DNA from: Nemertoderma westbladi
Taxonomy: Eukaryota; Animalia; Xenacoelomorpha
Direction: 5' to 3'
Assembly: GCA_032718475.1 (NCBI GenBank)
Contig: JAUCBJ010003072.1
Location: 1-63,148 of the forward strand
Length of the DNA stretch: 63,148 bases
Shown: positions 37,001-49,000 of the stretch, piece after piece
How the letters are laid out: the number at the start of each line of letters is the position of its first letter
How positions within the stretch are numbered: position 1 is the first letter of the stretch
Made by a program: the position numbers and the translations under genes
Notes under the pieces: model-generated
Seen by the model: the letters and a program-made list of their open reading frames with translations, nothing else
The model's database searches: none
Told to the model about the DNA's origin: nothing

Positions 37001-39712
37001 TTTCAGACATAACCCCTCTCTCAGTATCTGCTGCTGACCAATTGGAGGAAGATCAATTTCAGAAGCCCCGAGAGTAAATGTCGACAGTCCATGATAACCA
37101 CCAATGCAGTTGATGACATAGTTAGAGCTGTTCCACTTATTCAGTCGACCCTGTCTAACAACATTTGGAGACAAAGTTGCAGGAGCAAACACTTCAACAG
37201 ATTGAACAGCACCATCTTCATAAAATGGATTTGTTTGTAAATGAATGACTTGTTGTTTCATTGATTTATGGTCTTCGCAGACCAACACAGATAGTCCTTC
37301 TTTCTTATCTAAAACAATGCCTGGAGTGATGTTCCACTTTAAAAGATACTGACGTGGGCATTGTGGCCAGTCTGATCTGGCTGAACGGAAGTTCTCCCTG
37401 TTTGATTGAGGGAGTGTCACAATGTTTGCATATGCTAGGTAATCCAGAAAAGATACGTTTTTGCACTTATCAATCCACTGCCAACAACCGAGCGGACACT
37501 TAACTTCAGGGAAGCATTCCCTATTCATGGCTTTCCTGAGTCCACCCAATGTATTAGCTTTAATATCTTGTTTGAATTCCCGGAGTTGTGGTGTGAAATC
37601 TCTAAATGTTGGTATCCCTGATCGAGGTAAAGAGAATGAAGACCACATCTCTTGTATATTTGTGGGTAGTTGTTTCCACAGTTCTATATGTTTATCTTGT
37701 GGCATTAATGAAACTGATGACAGACATGAATATAATACAGCTGGCCACATTACATTCCAATTGCTACGTATTTCAGTTTTGTTTTGGTTTAAGTAGGAAT
37801 TGCACTGTGCACAGCATACAGGAAGTGAGTATTGTCTTCTCTGCACTAAACTGCCATATTTCTTACCTTTACAAGATCCTCTTGTGGCAACTTCAATGTC
37901 ATATATAGCAGTAGAATGACGTTGACAACATTCACATAGCAATGTCATATTTACAGCCAATGGAGTTGTAGTTGGTGCTGCCAGATTTGTAGTTGGTTGT
38001 TCTGTTGAGGATATATTTTGTTGTACTGAAGATGTAGTTGGATGAACTTGAGTTGGAGGGTTCTGAGTGTGACCATTATTTGGTGGATGATTTGGGTTTA
38101 TGGTATTTGGCTGTGGTGATATTCTTCCTGGAAGGTTACCAAATGTACTGGGTCGATTACAATGTGGTGGACGATGATATGAAGAACCTGCATTCTGAGA
38201 TTGGTTTTGTGTGGTCGATTGTTGTCTGGAATTGGAAGTTGATGGTTGAAAATTTCCTGTTGAACTCTGAGGGTGCTGAGTATGCGGTATGAAATTACTA
38301 TCATCACCTGTTCCAGGTAGCAGTGCAGCAAAATGACCGGGCCAGTGGGCAATGTAAATAACGTCTGGGCTATTGCCAAAGTGCAGAACGCCTCTAGTTT
38401 CCGTTGATATCAAACAGATAGATGCCGGCAGATGAATTGCAAGTGACATTATATTTAATTCCGTTCCCCATTCTCCTCCTCTTGTTGCCAAAATAAAATT
38501 ATTAAAATTATTTGCAGGTCGTGGATACATACCTGCTATTTCAGCATTTGTTGGAACAAGGAAACGGTTTGAATATGGGAGAGGGTTTCTAGCCATCTCA
38601 TTAGCAGAGAGGTTGCGTAGGGATGCCACAGTATAGTGCCGGTTGAAATTAAGCAAGTCTAAACCTTGCAATATAGAGTAGTATAGACAATCTCCACCAC
38701 CTTGATTGGGTTGGATATGAAGCCCATTTAATTGACAGGTTGTATCTAGCCATTCTTGTGGAGGAATATTATTTGAGCCCTGCAGTACAATAAATTGCGT
38801 TCTTGATGGCCCTGTCCTACTCTGGTTCTGGCCCCCCTCTCTGGCTGTTTCTTCCTGTTGTGTACCTGGGTCTACCTGAAGTTCAGGAGGTGTTCCTTCT
38901 CTTCTTCTCCTTCGTTGACCTCCTTGGCTATCCTGACCCCGTTTTCTTCCACTTCGATGTACCTCCTCCCAATCTCCCTGATCCTCATGATGCTGTTCCT
39001 CCCCAATATCCATCCGTTCCTCATGTTGCTGTTCCACTCCTTGACCTTCCTCCCCATTATCCATCCGTTCCTCATGTTGCTGTTCCACCCCTTGACCTTC
39101 CTCCCCATTATCCATCCGTTCCTCCTGTTGCTGTTCCACGCCTTGACCTCCCTCTCCATTATCCATCCGTTCCTCCTGTGGCTGTTCCACCCCTTGACCT
39201 TCCTCCCCATTATCCATCCGTTCCTCCTGTTGCTGTTCCACCCCTTGACCTTCCTCCCCATTATCCATCCGTTCCTCCTGTTGCTGTTCCACGCCTTGAC
39301 CTCCCTCTCCATTATCCATCCGTTCCTCCTGTGGCTGTTCCACCCCTTGACCTTCCTCCCCATTATCCATCCGTTCCTCCTGTTGCTGTTCCACACCTTG
39401 ACCTCCCTCCCCATTATCGATCCGTTCCTCATGTTGCTGTTCCACGCCTTGACCTTCCTCTCCATTATCCATCCGTTCCTCCCCTTGATGCCCCTCCCCC
39501 TGTTCAATCTGTTCTTCCTGGGGCTCTTCATCCATTTGAGATCCCTCTTCATTTGTCATTCGTTCCTCCGCGTTTTCTTCCTTCCCTTGAGGTTGCTCAA
39601 TCCGTTCCACTTTTTCCATTAGAGGAGCGTGTATTTCCTTCCATACAGAACATGTTCTAATATTATGATTTGAGCTTCCACACTTACTGCACTTTTGTTT
39701 TCTTTTAGCCAT
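31001..39712 (-). CDS. Helitron-like Rep-helicase polyprotein: Zn knuckle, OTU protease, HUH Rep, PIF1-like helicase, GIY-YIG nuclease
   Basis: Uninterrupted 2903 aa. CSKCGSSNHNIRTC knuckle; OTU GGGDCLYYS..WGTELNI..GHF (~38320-38730); HUH motifs YFFTIT (~35000), EFQ..CHFHG (~34760), YLCKY (~34210); helicase GPPGCGKT (~32820), FGGKLLIMNGDQHQLPPI, TIHRIMGET, QLLVLISRV; GIY-YIG GYVYML..SYIGQT..RLREHNSG (~31300-31410). Confidence 0.93.
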   Translation of the reverse strand: MAKRKQKCSKCGSSNHNIRTCSVWKEIHAPLMEKVERIEQPQGKEENAEERMTNEEGSQMDEEPQEEQIEQGEGHQGEERMDNGEEGQGVEQQHEERIDNGEGGQGVEQQQEERMDNGEEGQGVEQPQEERMDNGEGGQGVEQQQEERMDNGEEGQGVEQQQEERMDNGEEGQGVEQPQEERMDNGEGGQGVEQQQEERMDNGEEGQGVEQQHEERMDNGEEGQGVEQQHEERMDIGEEQHHEDQGDWEEVHRSGRKRGQDSQGGQRRRRREGTPPELQVDPGTQQEETAREGGQNQSRTGPSRTQFIVLQGSNNIPPQEWLDTTCQLNGLHIQPNQGGGDCLYYSILQGLDLLNFNRHYTVASLRNLSANEMARNPLPYSNRFLVPTNAEIAGMYPRPANNFNNFILATRGGEWGTELNIMSLAIHLPASICLISTETRGVLHFGNSPDVIYIAHWPGHFAALLPGTGDDSNFIPHTQHPQSSTGNFQPSTSNSRQQSTTQNQSQNAGSSYHRPPHCNRPSTFGNLPGRISPQPNTINPNHPPNNGHTQNPPTQVHPTTSSVQQNISSTEQPTTNLAAPTTTPLAVNMTLLCECCQRHSTAIYDIEVATRGSCKGKKYGSLVQRRQYSLPVCCAQCNSYLNQNKTEIRSNWNVMWPAVLYSCLSSVSLMPQDKHIELWKQLPTNIQEMWSSFSLPRSGIPTFRDFTPQLREFKQDIKANTLGGLRKAMNRECFPEVKCPLGCWQWIDKCKNVSFLDYLAYANIVTLPQSNRENFRSARSDWPQCPRQYLLKWNITPGIVLDKKEGLSVLVCEDHKSMKQQVIHLQTNPFYEDGAVQSVEVFAPATLSPNVVRQGRLNKWNSSNYVINCIGGYHGLSTFTLGASEIDLPPIGQQQILREGLCLKYRDDIRETYLNSTWGGASNIVRSKLSGLENSGMTPQGDDLKKCLDGGSYISIGDSFHIWKICRVQNEKQETQNTNVKYLFRAENLTLSIVHPMNDFGAHPFKVNISCIHDSLGNAITTILLLNRRIHQLCLEKYISENDNFLGWVLAAVATLSGLNKPSKSCNINVVFDKIAKDPCLLRSSEAPFIDKVIKLLLRLSNKSALRTCDQIVSRSETRSDLYELVICQNTASPGIQPKTRIGEFSLMLVLTEDKEDSIIFRWEPNMRFWSIGKGGNRIATTACNKTSWFHTWRLALYINTNTNEHRDDIIKRSLGGQRRISCGKHGLHLINEPRVSHAKCAVARCRKPANHRCPYGILSYHCLVAVCLKHFRMYSISDATTITIRYHQTPLFDNQTAYLNQGEIDSDAELEELLLDINIDNEHQIDEEYDNSGIVIPENAEEDSDWEYLEDLQNFLTDENTLPSGDIPSSANSRKQLFPVTGAQRFPSHCLLNDVYGILHRELSKHPSAKKAQLLNEIIAKNSAPSTSLLYPEGNIFPTTFWYNHNGSTVGAIPHHIFSSMKEATSNKSCHNVSSNKDMLMIRLRDGDLSTSHDLNYLHWVADMRINMKLNHRPSSVFFNRGLEFLDESRATKVDIHDTPLEFEESNSSRVVKELAALINKYPWSYFFTITANESSTMGLAPIINSMKDFCEETYSEYSNIYDANVVLICRAWERVAQYMMDYIETSPEERLGPVHHMFARAEFQDQGARGNKCHFHGGISLFPEPIQTTMGRVTCDPDRLPFGPEDFHNLLDAGIVDSWEDFHEAKSIVEMVTIHNCKAASERCHKRKDKDGNKICRVPSHPTSSSNWFQVKKDLYSKEIYTILEEIGLAQRVLNKEYQLEWVLAPSLTAGRYHYSTRSPPTYLPTIAEIALTLRSSFNCQVTDRKFSSSYLCKYIGGIEERRQIKVFGTKNPDVVRTEVGEQENVKISGVKINQTIEKEKATNSREIGIPELARFALGYPYTRCTADFIHISTLPPEYRSAVSANKSNEQIDGSYGSYIASIETRINLPQWRHFSHNQRRLIHEYVSSNYKLGNTERFNIRPPEISIVNKLIDYHEIFVIKSKLPSHNVNDDIHQQPWIDGLNNQVKIRSCAITRAINFIQSQPEKEGKNDILNLLNEIQIEDIDGSLHKRFVYYSKETIAVIPNIGASHRIKFLYHIILTLGQFITELDVMEVISFPMAFQKAGLVIDHINPTQDEANNILRRYVDEQLQTFCFGAKQFEQYLNNAKSAIDDILMSEGRISCDVPSVSYIALREETSERIYTIERSRKLYLVETNHSDLITKMHLPTTEAFMEATFDNPLIWDPELPTAAHQSMASQMEQNNALQTIKQVVHKFLNPSTNQLPKFLLITGPPGCGKTLLIQIATLYVISLGLNTALLSLTSERSRTLGGFHIHIAFPVPSKSLKHAHPHILARQCIQSLKKDPMKLILLKRTNVFILEEVGLISAEFYGILDTTMKNIMNNDLPFGGKLLIMNGDQHQLPPIDGRPIFMSTNLITSFQVIQLKHYVRAASDMNLQNCLESMRQTVISPSQQIEILNTIMAKAKFVNTWSDVPQEAMRIVGSRKAEAKVVKEFLQRKTSDRNTRTVVSKSKDEVQHHYDWAPASTYVTQQLNRHCLEPEELVLFEGAITRLTRNHQQGNTQYSQGQVAIVQNIPEEFNEYALVTVALVPPGVRNLLPVLASWQRVSLGRTTTIPSIVGVQLLQGRRTQYPLRYFIANTIHRIMGETCPIAATQISSSERIFRLWEREQLLVLISRVPAFQYLYFVGPRAETRQALAETLSRTSMWAGPIEERLTALDIHNTNPQRVITDVQHPLRPFYREIPESETGYVYMLISTVHPSISYIGQTGRSMLTRLREHNSGNGSIFTNRTEFHPWAIFAYICQFPSEAEEERTARRMDVERFIHRNIRRYSGPQYVLNQLISIVAEYNRLHRTSLVVHKCGSLSNPARSGNVEFEDDAPGG
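38992..39481 (-). repeat. Coding 51-bp tandem repeat (EERMDNGEEGQGVEQQQ, ~9.5 copies) inside the RepHel N-terminus
   Basis: Directly visible in the translation; frame-preserving. Confidence 0.95.
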
Positions 39713-40090
39713 TTTTTACGAAATGTTATATTCTATTCTAACTGCGTTTTCTCGTGCCTTGTAAACTTGAAAGTGAGTTTACCAGTTAATACAATATAAT
39801 ACATAATAGTTAAATTAAATTATTATACATACCTGATAATTGCTTCGAGATTCCTATATATGCTGTGTTAATTGGTTGTAAGTTGGTAACTCACTATTTA
39901 TTCCTCATGCTCTTCTTTAAAGCGCATCTCAATACATGTAACATTTTCATTCTGTAGAATATAATGAATTCGTTAAAAATTTTGTATAAATTGTAAAACG
40001 AAACATATTTTTTTATTTTAAACATATTTAATTCCAAACCACTTTACCATCTACTGTAAGCATGCTCCATATGCCGGTACTGTTCATCCC

Positions 40091-43000
40091 TATTGAGTTC
40101 CAACATCTTTATTACACCGACTGAGTACCACCCCAAACACAATTATAGAGTTATACATCTCTATAACGCCCACTGAGTACCACACCAAACACAATTATTG
40201 AGATCCAACTTCTCTATAACGCCCACTGAGTACCACACCAAACACAATTATTGAGTTACAACATCTCTATAACGCCCTCTGAGTACCACACCAAACACAA
40301 TTATTGAGTTATACATCTCTATAACGCCCACTGAGTACCACACCAAACACAATTATTGAGATCCAACTTCTCTATAACGCCCACTGAGTACCACACCAAA
40401 CACAATTATTGAGATCCAACATCTCTATAACGCCCTCTGAGTACCACACCAAACACAATTATTGAGTTATACATCTCTATAACGCCCACTGAGTACCACA
40501 CCAAACACAATTATTGAGATCCAACATCTCTATAACGCCCTCTGAGTACCACACCAAACACAATTATTGAGTTATACATCTCTATAACGCCCACTGGAGT
40601 ACAAAAACCAAACACAATTATTGAGTTCCAAAATCTCTATAACGCCCACTGAGTATACCACACCAAACACAATTATTGAGTTCCAACATCTCTATAACGC
40701 CCACTGAGTACCACACCAAACAAAATTATTGAGATCCAACATCTCTATAGAGCCCACTGAGTACCACACCAAACACAATTATTGAGATCCAACATCTCTA
40801 TAACGCCCTCTGAGTACCACACCAAACACAATTATTGAGTTATACATCTCTATAACGCCCACTGAGTACCACACCAAACACAATTATTGAGATCCAACAT
40901 CTCTATAACGCCCTCTGAGTACCACACCAAACACAATTATTGAGTTATACATCTCTATAACGCCCACTGGAGTACAAAAACCAAACACAATTATAGAGTT
41001 CCAATATATCTATAACGCCCACTGAGTACCACACCAAACACAACTATTGAGATCCAACATCTCTATAACGCCCACTGATTACCACTCCAAACACAATTAT
41101 TGAGTTCCAACATCTCTATAACGCCCACTGAGTACCACACCAAACACAATTATTGAGTTCTACATCTCTATAACAACCAATCAGTACCACAAACCAAACA
41201 CAATTATTGAGTTACAACATCTCTATAACGCCCACTGGAGTACAAAAACCGTCCACTGAGTACCACACCAAACACAATTATTGAGTTCTACATCTCTATA
41301 ACAACCAATCAGTACCACAAACCAAACACAATTATTGAGTTACAACATCTCTATAACGCCCACTGGAGTACAAAAACCAAACACAATTATTGAGTTCCAA
41401 TATCTCTATAACGCCCATTGAGTACCACACCAAACACAATTATTGAGTTCTACATCTCTATAACAACCAATCAGCACCACAAACCAAACACAATTATTGA
41501 GAAACAACATCTCTATAACGCCCACTGGAGTACAAAAACCAAACACAATTATTGAGTTCTAACATCTCTATAACGCCCACTGAGTACCACACCAAACACA
41601 ATTATTGAGTTCCAACATCTCTATAACGCACACTGAGTACCACACCAAACACAATTATTGAGTTCCAACATCTCTATATCGCCCACTGAGTACCACACCA
41701 AACACAATTATTGAGTTCCAACATCTCGATAACGCCCACTGAGTACCACACCAAACACAATTATTGAGTTCTACATCTCTATGACAACCAATCAGTACCA
41801 CAAACCAAACACAATTATTGAGAACCAACATCTCTATAACGCCCACTTATTACCACTCCAAACACAATTATTGAGATCCAACATCTATATAACGCCCACT
41901 GAGTATAGCACTCCAAACACAATTATTGAGTTCCAACATCTATATAACGCCCACTGAGTACCACACCAAACACAACTATTGAGATCCAACATCTCTATAA
42001 CGCCCACTGATTACCACTCCAAACACAATTATTGAGTTCTAACATCTCTATAACGCCCACTGAGTATACCACACCAAACACAATTATTGAGTTCCCATAT
42101 CTCTATAACGTCCACTGAGTACCACACCAAACACAACTGTTGCGATCCAACATCTCTATAACGCCCACTGATTACCACTCCAAACAGAATTATTGAGTTC
42201 CAACATCTCTTTAACGCCCACTGATTACCACTCCAAACAGAATTATTGAGTTCCAAGATCTATATAACGCCCACTGAGTATACCACTCCAAGCACAATTA
42301 TTGAGTTCCAACATCTCTATAACGCCCACTGAGTACCACACCAAACACAATTATTGAGTTCCAACATCTCTATAACGCCCACTGAGTACCACAACAAACA
42401 CATTATTGAGTTATACATCTCTATAACGCCCACTGATTACCACACCAAACACAATTATTGAGTTATACATCTCTATAACGCCCACTGATTACCACTCCAA
42501 ACAGAATTATTGAGTTCCAACATCTCTTTAACGCCCACTGATTACCACTCCAAACAGAATTATTGAGTTCCAAGATCTATATAACGCCCACTGAGTACCA
42601 CACCAAACACAACTGTTGCGATCCAACATCTCTATAACGCCCACTGATTACCACACCAAACACAATTATTGAGTTATACATCTCTATAACAACCAATCAG
42701 TACCACACTCCAAACACAATTATTGAGTTCCAACATCTCTATAATACCCACTGATTACCACTCCAAACACAATTATTGAGTTCCAAGATCTATATAACGC
42801 CTCTGAGTGTACCACTCCAAACACAATTATTGAGTTCCAACATCTCTATTACGCCCAGTGAGTACCACATCAAACACAATTATTGAGTTCCAACATCTCT
42901 ATAACGCCCACTGAGTACCACACCAAACACAATTATTGAGTTATACATCTCTATAACAAACAATCAGTACCACAAACCAAACACAATTATTGAGTTACAA

Positions 43001-46000
43001 CATCTCTATAACGCCCACTGAGTACCACACCAAACACAACTGTTGCGATCCAACATCTCTATAACGCCCACTGATTACCTCTCCAATCACAACTATTGAG
43101 TTCCAACATCTCTTTAACGCCCACTGAGTACCACACCAAACACAATTATTGAGTTCTAACATCTCTATAACGCCCACTGAGTATACCACACCAAACACAA
43201 TTATTGAGTTCCCATATCTCTATAACGCCCACTGAGTACTACACCAAACACAACTGTTGCGATCCAACATCTCTATAACGCCCACTGATTACCACTGCAA
43301 ACACAATTATTGAGTTCTAACATCTCTATAACGCCCACTGAGTATACCACACCAAACACAATTATTGAGTTACAACATCTCTATAACGCCCACTGAGTAC
43401 CACACCAAACACAACTGTTGCGATCCAACATCTCTATAACGCCCACTGATTACCTCTCCAATCACAACTATTGAGTTCCAACATCTCTTTAACGCCCACT
43501 GAGTACCACACCAAACACAATTATTGAGTTCTAACATCTCTATAACGCCCACTGAGTATACCACACCAACACAATTATTGAGTTCCCATATCTCTATAAC
43601 GCCCACTGAGTACTACACCAAACACAACTGTTGCGATCCAACATCTCTATAACGCCCACTGATTACCACTGCAAACACAATTATTGAGTTCTAACATCTC
43701 TATAACGCCCACTGAGTATACCACTCCAAACACAATTATTGAGTTCTAACATCTCTATAACGCCCACTGATTACCTCTCCAATCACAACTATTGAGTTCC
43801 AACATCTCTTTAACGCCCACTGAGTACCACACCAAACACAATTATTGAGTTCCAACATCTCTATAACGCCCACTGATTACCTCTCCAATCACAACTATTG
43901 AGTTCCAACATCTCTTTAACGCCCACTGAGTACCACACCAAACACAATTATTGAGTTCTAACATCTCTATAACGCCCACTGAGTATACCACACCAACACA
44001 ATTATTGAGTTCCCATATCTCTATAACGCCCACTGAGTACTACACCAAACACAACTGTTGCGATCCAACATCTCTATAACGCCCACTGAGTACCACACCA
44101 AACACAATTATTGAGTTCCCATATCTCTATAACGCCCACTGAGTACTACACCAAACACAACTGTTGCGATCCAACATCTCTATAACGCCCACTGATTACC
44201 ACTGCAAACACAATTATTGAGTTCTAACATCTCTATAACGCCCACTGAGTATACCACTCCAAACACAATTATTGAGTTCTAACATCTCTATAACGCCCAC
44301 TGAGTATACCACACCAAACACAATTATTGAGTTCCAACATCTCTATAACGCCCACTGATTACCTCTCCAATCACAACTATTGAGTTCCAACATCTCTTTA
44401 ACGCCCACTGAGTACCACACCAAACACAACTATTGAGATCCAACATCTCTATAACGCCCACTGATTACCACTCCAAACACAATTATTGAGTTCCAACATC
44501 TCTATAACGCCCACTGAGTACCACACCAAACACAATTATTGAGTTCTACATCTCTATAACAACCAATCAGTACCACAAACCAAACACAATTATTGAGTTA
44601 CAACATCTCTATAACGCCCACTGGAGTACAAAAACCGTCCACTGAGTACCACACCAAACACAATTATTGAGTTCTACATCTCTATAACAACCAATCAGTA
44701 CCACAAACCAAACACAATTATTGAGTTACAACATCTCTATAACGCCCACTGGAGTACAAAAACCAAACACAATTATTGAGTTCCAATATCTCTATAACGC
44801 CCATTGAGTACCACACCAAACACAATTATTGAGTTCTACATCTCTATAACAACCAATCAGCACCACAAACCAAACACAATTATTGAGAAACAACATCTCT
44901 ATAACGCCCACTGGAGTACAAAAACCAAACACAATTATTGAGTTCTAACATCTCTATAACGCCCACTGAGTACCACACCAAACACAATTATTGAGTTCCA
45001 ACATCTCTATAACGCACACTGAGTACCACACCAAACACAATTATTGAGTTCCAACATCTCTATATCGCCCACTGAGTACCACACCAAACACAATTATTGA
45101 GTTCCAACATCTCGATAACGCCCACTGAGTACCACACCAAACACAATTATTGAGTTCTACATCTCTATGACAACCAATCAGTACCACAAACCAAACACAA
45201 TTATTGAGAACCAACATCTCTATAACGCCCACTTATTACCACTCCAAACACAATTATTGAGATCCAACATCTATATAACGCCCACTGAGTATAGCACTCC
45301 AAACACAATTATTGAGTTCCAACATCTATATAACGCCCACTGAGTACCACACCAAACACAACTATTGAGATCCAACATCTCTATAACGCCCACTGATTAC
45401 CACTCCAAACACAATTATTGAGTTCTAACATCTCTATAACGCCCACTGAGTATACCACACCAAACACAATTATTGAGTTCCCATATCTCTATAACGTCCA
45501 CTGAGTACCACACCAAACACAACTGTTGCGATCCAACATCTCTATAACGCCCACTGATTACCACTCCAAACAGAATTATTGAGTTCCAACATCTCTTTAA
45601 CGCCCACTGATTACCACTCCAAACAGAATTATTGAGTTCCAAGATCTATATAACGCCCACTGAGTATACCACTCCAAGCACAATTATTGAGTTCCAACAT
45701 CTCTATAACGCCCACTGAGTACCACACCAAACACAATTATTGAGTTCCAACATCTCTATAACGCCCACTGAGTACCACAACAAACACATTATTGAGTTAT
45801 ACATCTCTATAACGCCCACTGATTACCACACCAAACACAATTATTGAGTTATACATCTCTATAACGCCCACTGATTACCACTCCAAACAGAATTATTGAG
45901 TTCCAACATCTCTTTAACGCCCACTGATTACCACTCCAAACAGAATTATTGAGTTCCAAGATCTATATAACGCCCACTGAGTACCACACCAAACACAACT

Positions 46001-49000
46001 GTTGCGATCCAACATCTCTATAACGCCCACTGATTACCACACCAAACACAATTATTGAGTTATACATCTCTATAACAACCAATCAGTACCACACTCCAAA
46101 CACAATTATTGAGTTCCAACATCTCTATAATACCCACTGATTACCACTCCAAACACAATTATTGAGTTCCAAGATCTATATAACGCCTCTGAGTGTACCA
46201 CTCCAAACACAATTATTGAGTTCCAACATCTCTATTACGCCCAGTGAGTACCACATCAAACACAATTATTGAGTTCCAACATCTCTATAACGCCCACTGA
46301 GTACCACACCAAACACAATTATTGAGTTATACATCTCTATAACAAACAATCAGTACCACAAACCAAACACAATTATTGAGTTACAACATCTCTATAACGC
46401 CCACTGAGTACCACACCAAACACAACTGTTGCGATCCAACATCTCTATAACGCCCACTGATTACCTCTCCAATCACAACTATTGAGTTCCAACATCTCTT
46501 TAACGCCCACTGAGTACCACACCAAACACAATTATTGAGTTCTAACATCTCTATAACGCCCACTGAGTATACCACACCAAACACAATTATTGAGTTCCCA
46601 TATCTCTATAACGCCCACTGAGTACTACACCAAACACAACTGTTGCGATCCAACATCTCTATAACGCCCACTGATTACCACTGCAAACACAATTATTGAG
46701 TTCTAACATCTCTATAACGCCCACTGAGTATACCACACCAAACACAATTATTGAGTTACAACATCTCTATAACGCCCACTGAGTACCACACCAAACACAA
46801 CTGTTGCGATCCAACATCTCTATAACGCCCACTGATTACCTCTCCAATCACAACTATTGAGTTCCAACATCTCTTTAACGCCCACTGAGTACCACACCAA
46901 ACACAATTATTGAGTTCTAACATCTCTATAACGCCCACTGAGTATACCACACCAACACAATTATTGAGTTCCCATATCTCTATAACGCCCACTGAGTACT
47001 ACACCAAACACAACTGTTGCGATCCAACATCTCTATAACGCCCACTGATTACCACTGCAAACACAATTATTGAGTTCTAACATCTCTATAACGCCCACTG
47101 AGTATACCACTCCAAACACAATTATTGAGTTCTAACATCTCTATAACGCCCACTGATTACCTCTCCAATCACAACTATTGAGTTCCAACATCTCTTTAAC
47201 GCCCACTGAGTACCACACCAAACACAATTATTGAGTTCCAACATCTCTATAACGCCCACTGATTACCTCTCCAATCACAACTATTGAGTTCCAACATCTC
47301 TTTAACGCCCACTGAGTACCACACCAAACACAATTATTGAGTTCTAACATCTCTATAACGCCCACTGAGTATACCACACCAACACAATTATTGAGTTCCC
47401 ATATCTCTATAACGCCCACTGAGTACTACACCAAACACAACTGTTGCGATCCAACATCTCTATAACGCCCACTGAGTACCACACCAAACACAATTATTGA
47501 GTTCCCATATCTCTATAACGCCCACTGAGTACTACACCAAACACAACTGTTGCGATCCAACATCTCTATAACGCCCACTGATTACCACTGCAAACACAAT
47601 TATTGAGTTCTAACATCTCTATAACGCCCACTGAGTATACCACTCCAAACACAATTATTGAGTTCTAACATCTCTATAACGCCCACTGAGTATACCACAC
47701 CAAACACAATTATTGAGTTCCAACATCTCTATAACGCCCACTGATTACCTCTCCAATCACAACTATTGAGTTCCAACATCTCTTTAACGCCCACTGAGTA
47801 CCACACCAAACACAATTATTGAGTTCTAACATCTCTATAACGCCCACTGAGTATACCACACCAACACAATTATTGAGTTCCCATATCTCTCTAACGCCCA
47901 CTGAGTACTACACCAAACACAACTGTTGCGATCCAACATCTCTATAACGCCCACTGATTACCACTGCAAACACAATTATTGAGTTCTAACATCTCTATAA
48001 CGCCCACTGAGTATACCACACCAAACACAATTATTGAGTTCCCATATCTCTATAACGCCCACTGAGTACCACACCAAACACAACTGTTGCGATCCAACAT
48101 CTCTATAACGCCCACTGATTACCACTCCAAACACAATTATTGAGTTCTAACATCTCTATTACGCCCACTGAGTATACCACTCTAAACACAATTATTGAGT
48201 TCCAACATCTCTATAACGCCCACTGAGTACCACACCAAACACAACTATTGAGATCCAACATCTCTATAACGCCCACTGATTACCTCTCCAAACACAGTTA
48301 TTGAGTTCTAACATCTCTATAACGCCCACTGAGTATACCACTCCAAGCACAATTATTGAGTTCCAACATCTCTATAACGCCCACAGAGTACCACACCAAA
48401 CACAATTATAGAGTTCCAACATCTCTATAACGCCCACTGAGTACCACACCAAACACAACAATTGAGTTCCAACATCTCTTTAACGCCCACTGATTACCAC
48501 TCCAAACACAATTATTGAGTTCCAACATCTCTATAACGCCCACTGAGTACCACACCAAACACAACTATTGAGATCCAACATCTCTATAACGCCCACTGAT
48601 TACCACTCCAAACACAATTATTGAGTTCCAATATATCTATAACGCCCACTGAGTACCACACCAAACACAATTATTGAGTTCTACATCTCTATAACAACCA
48701 ATCAGTACCACAAACCAAACACAATTATTGAGTTACAACATCTCTATAACGCCCACTGGAGTACAAAAACCACACACAATTATTGAGTTCCAATATATCT
48801 ATAACGCCCACTGAGTACCACTCCAAACACAATTATTGAGTTCCAATATCTCTATAACGCCCACTGAGTACCACACCAAACACAATTATTGAGTTCTCCA
48901 TCTCTATAACAACCAATCAGTACCACAAACCAAACACAATTATTGAGTTACAACATCTCTATAACGCCCACTGAGTACCACTCCAAACACAATCATTGAG

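Noticed and set aside
38803-39660. Pro-rich and hydrophobic ORFs antisense to or overlapping RepHel
   Set aside because: Shadow frames of the 51-bp coding repeat.
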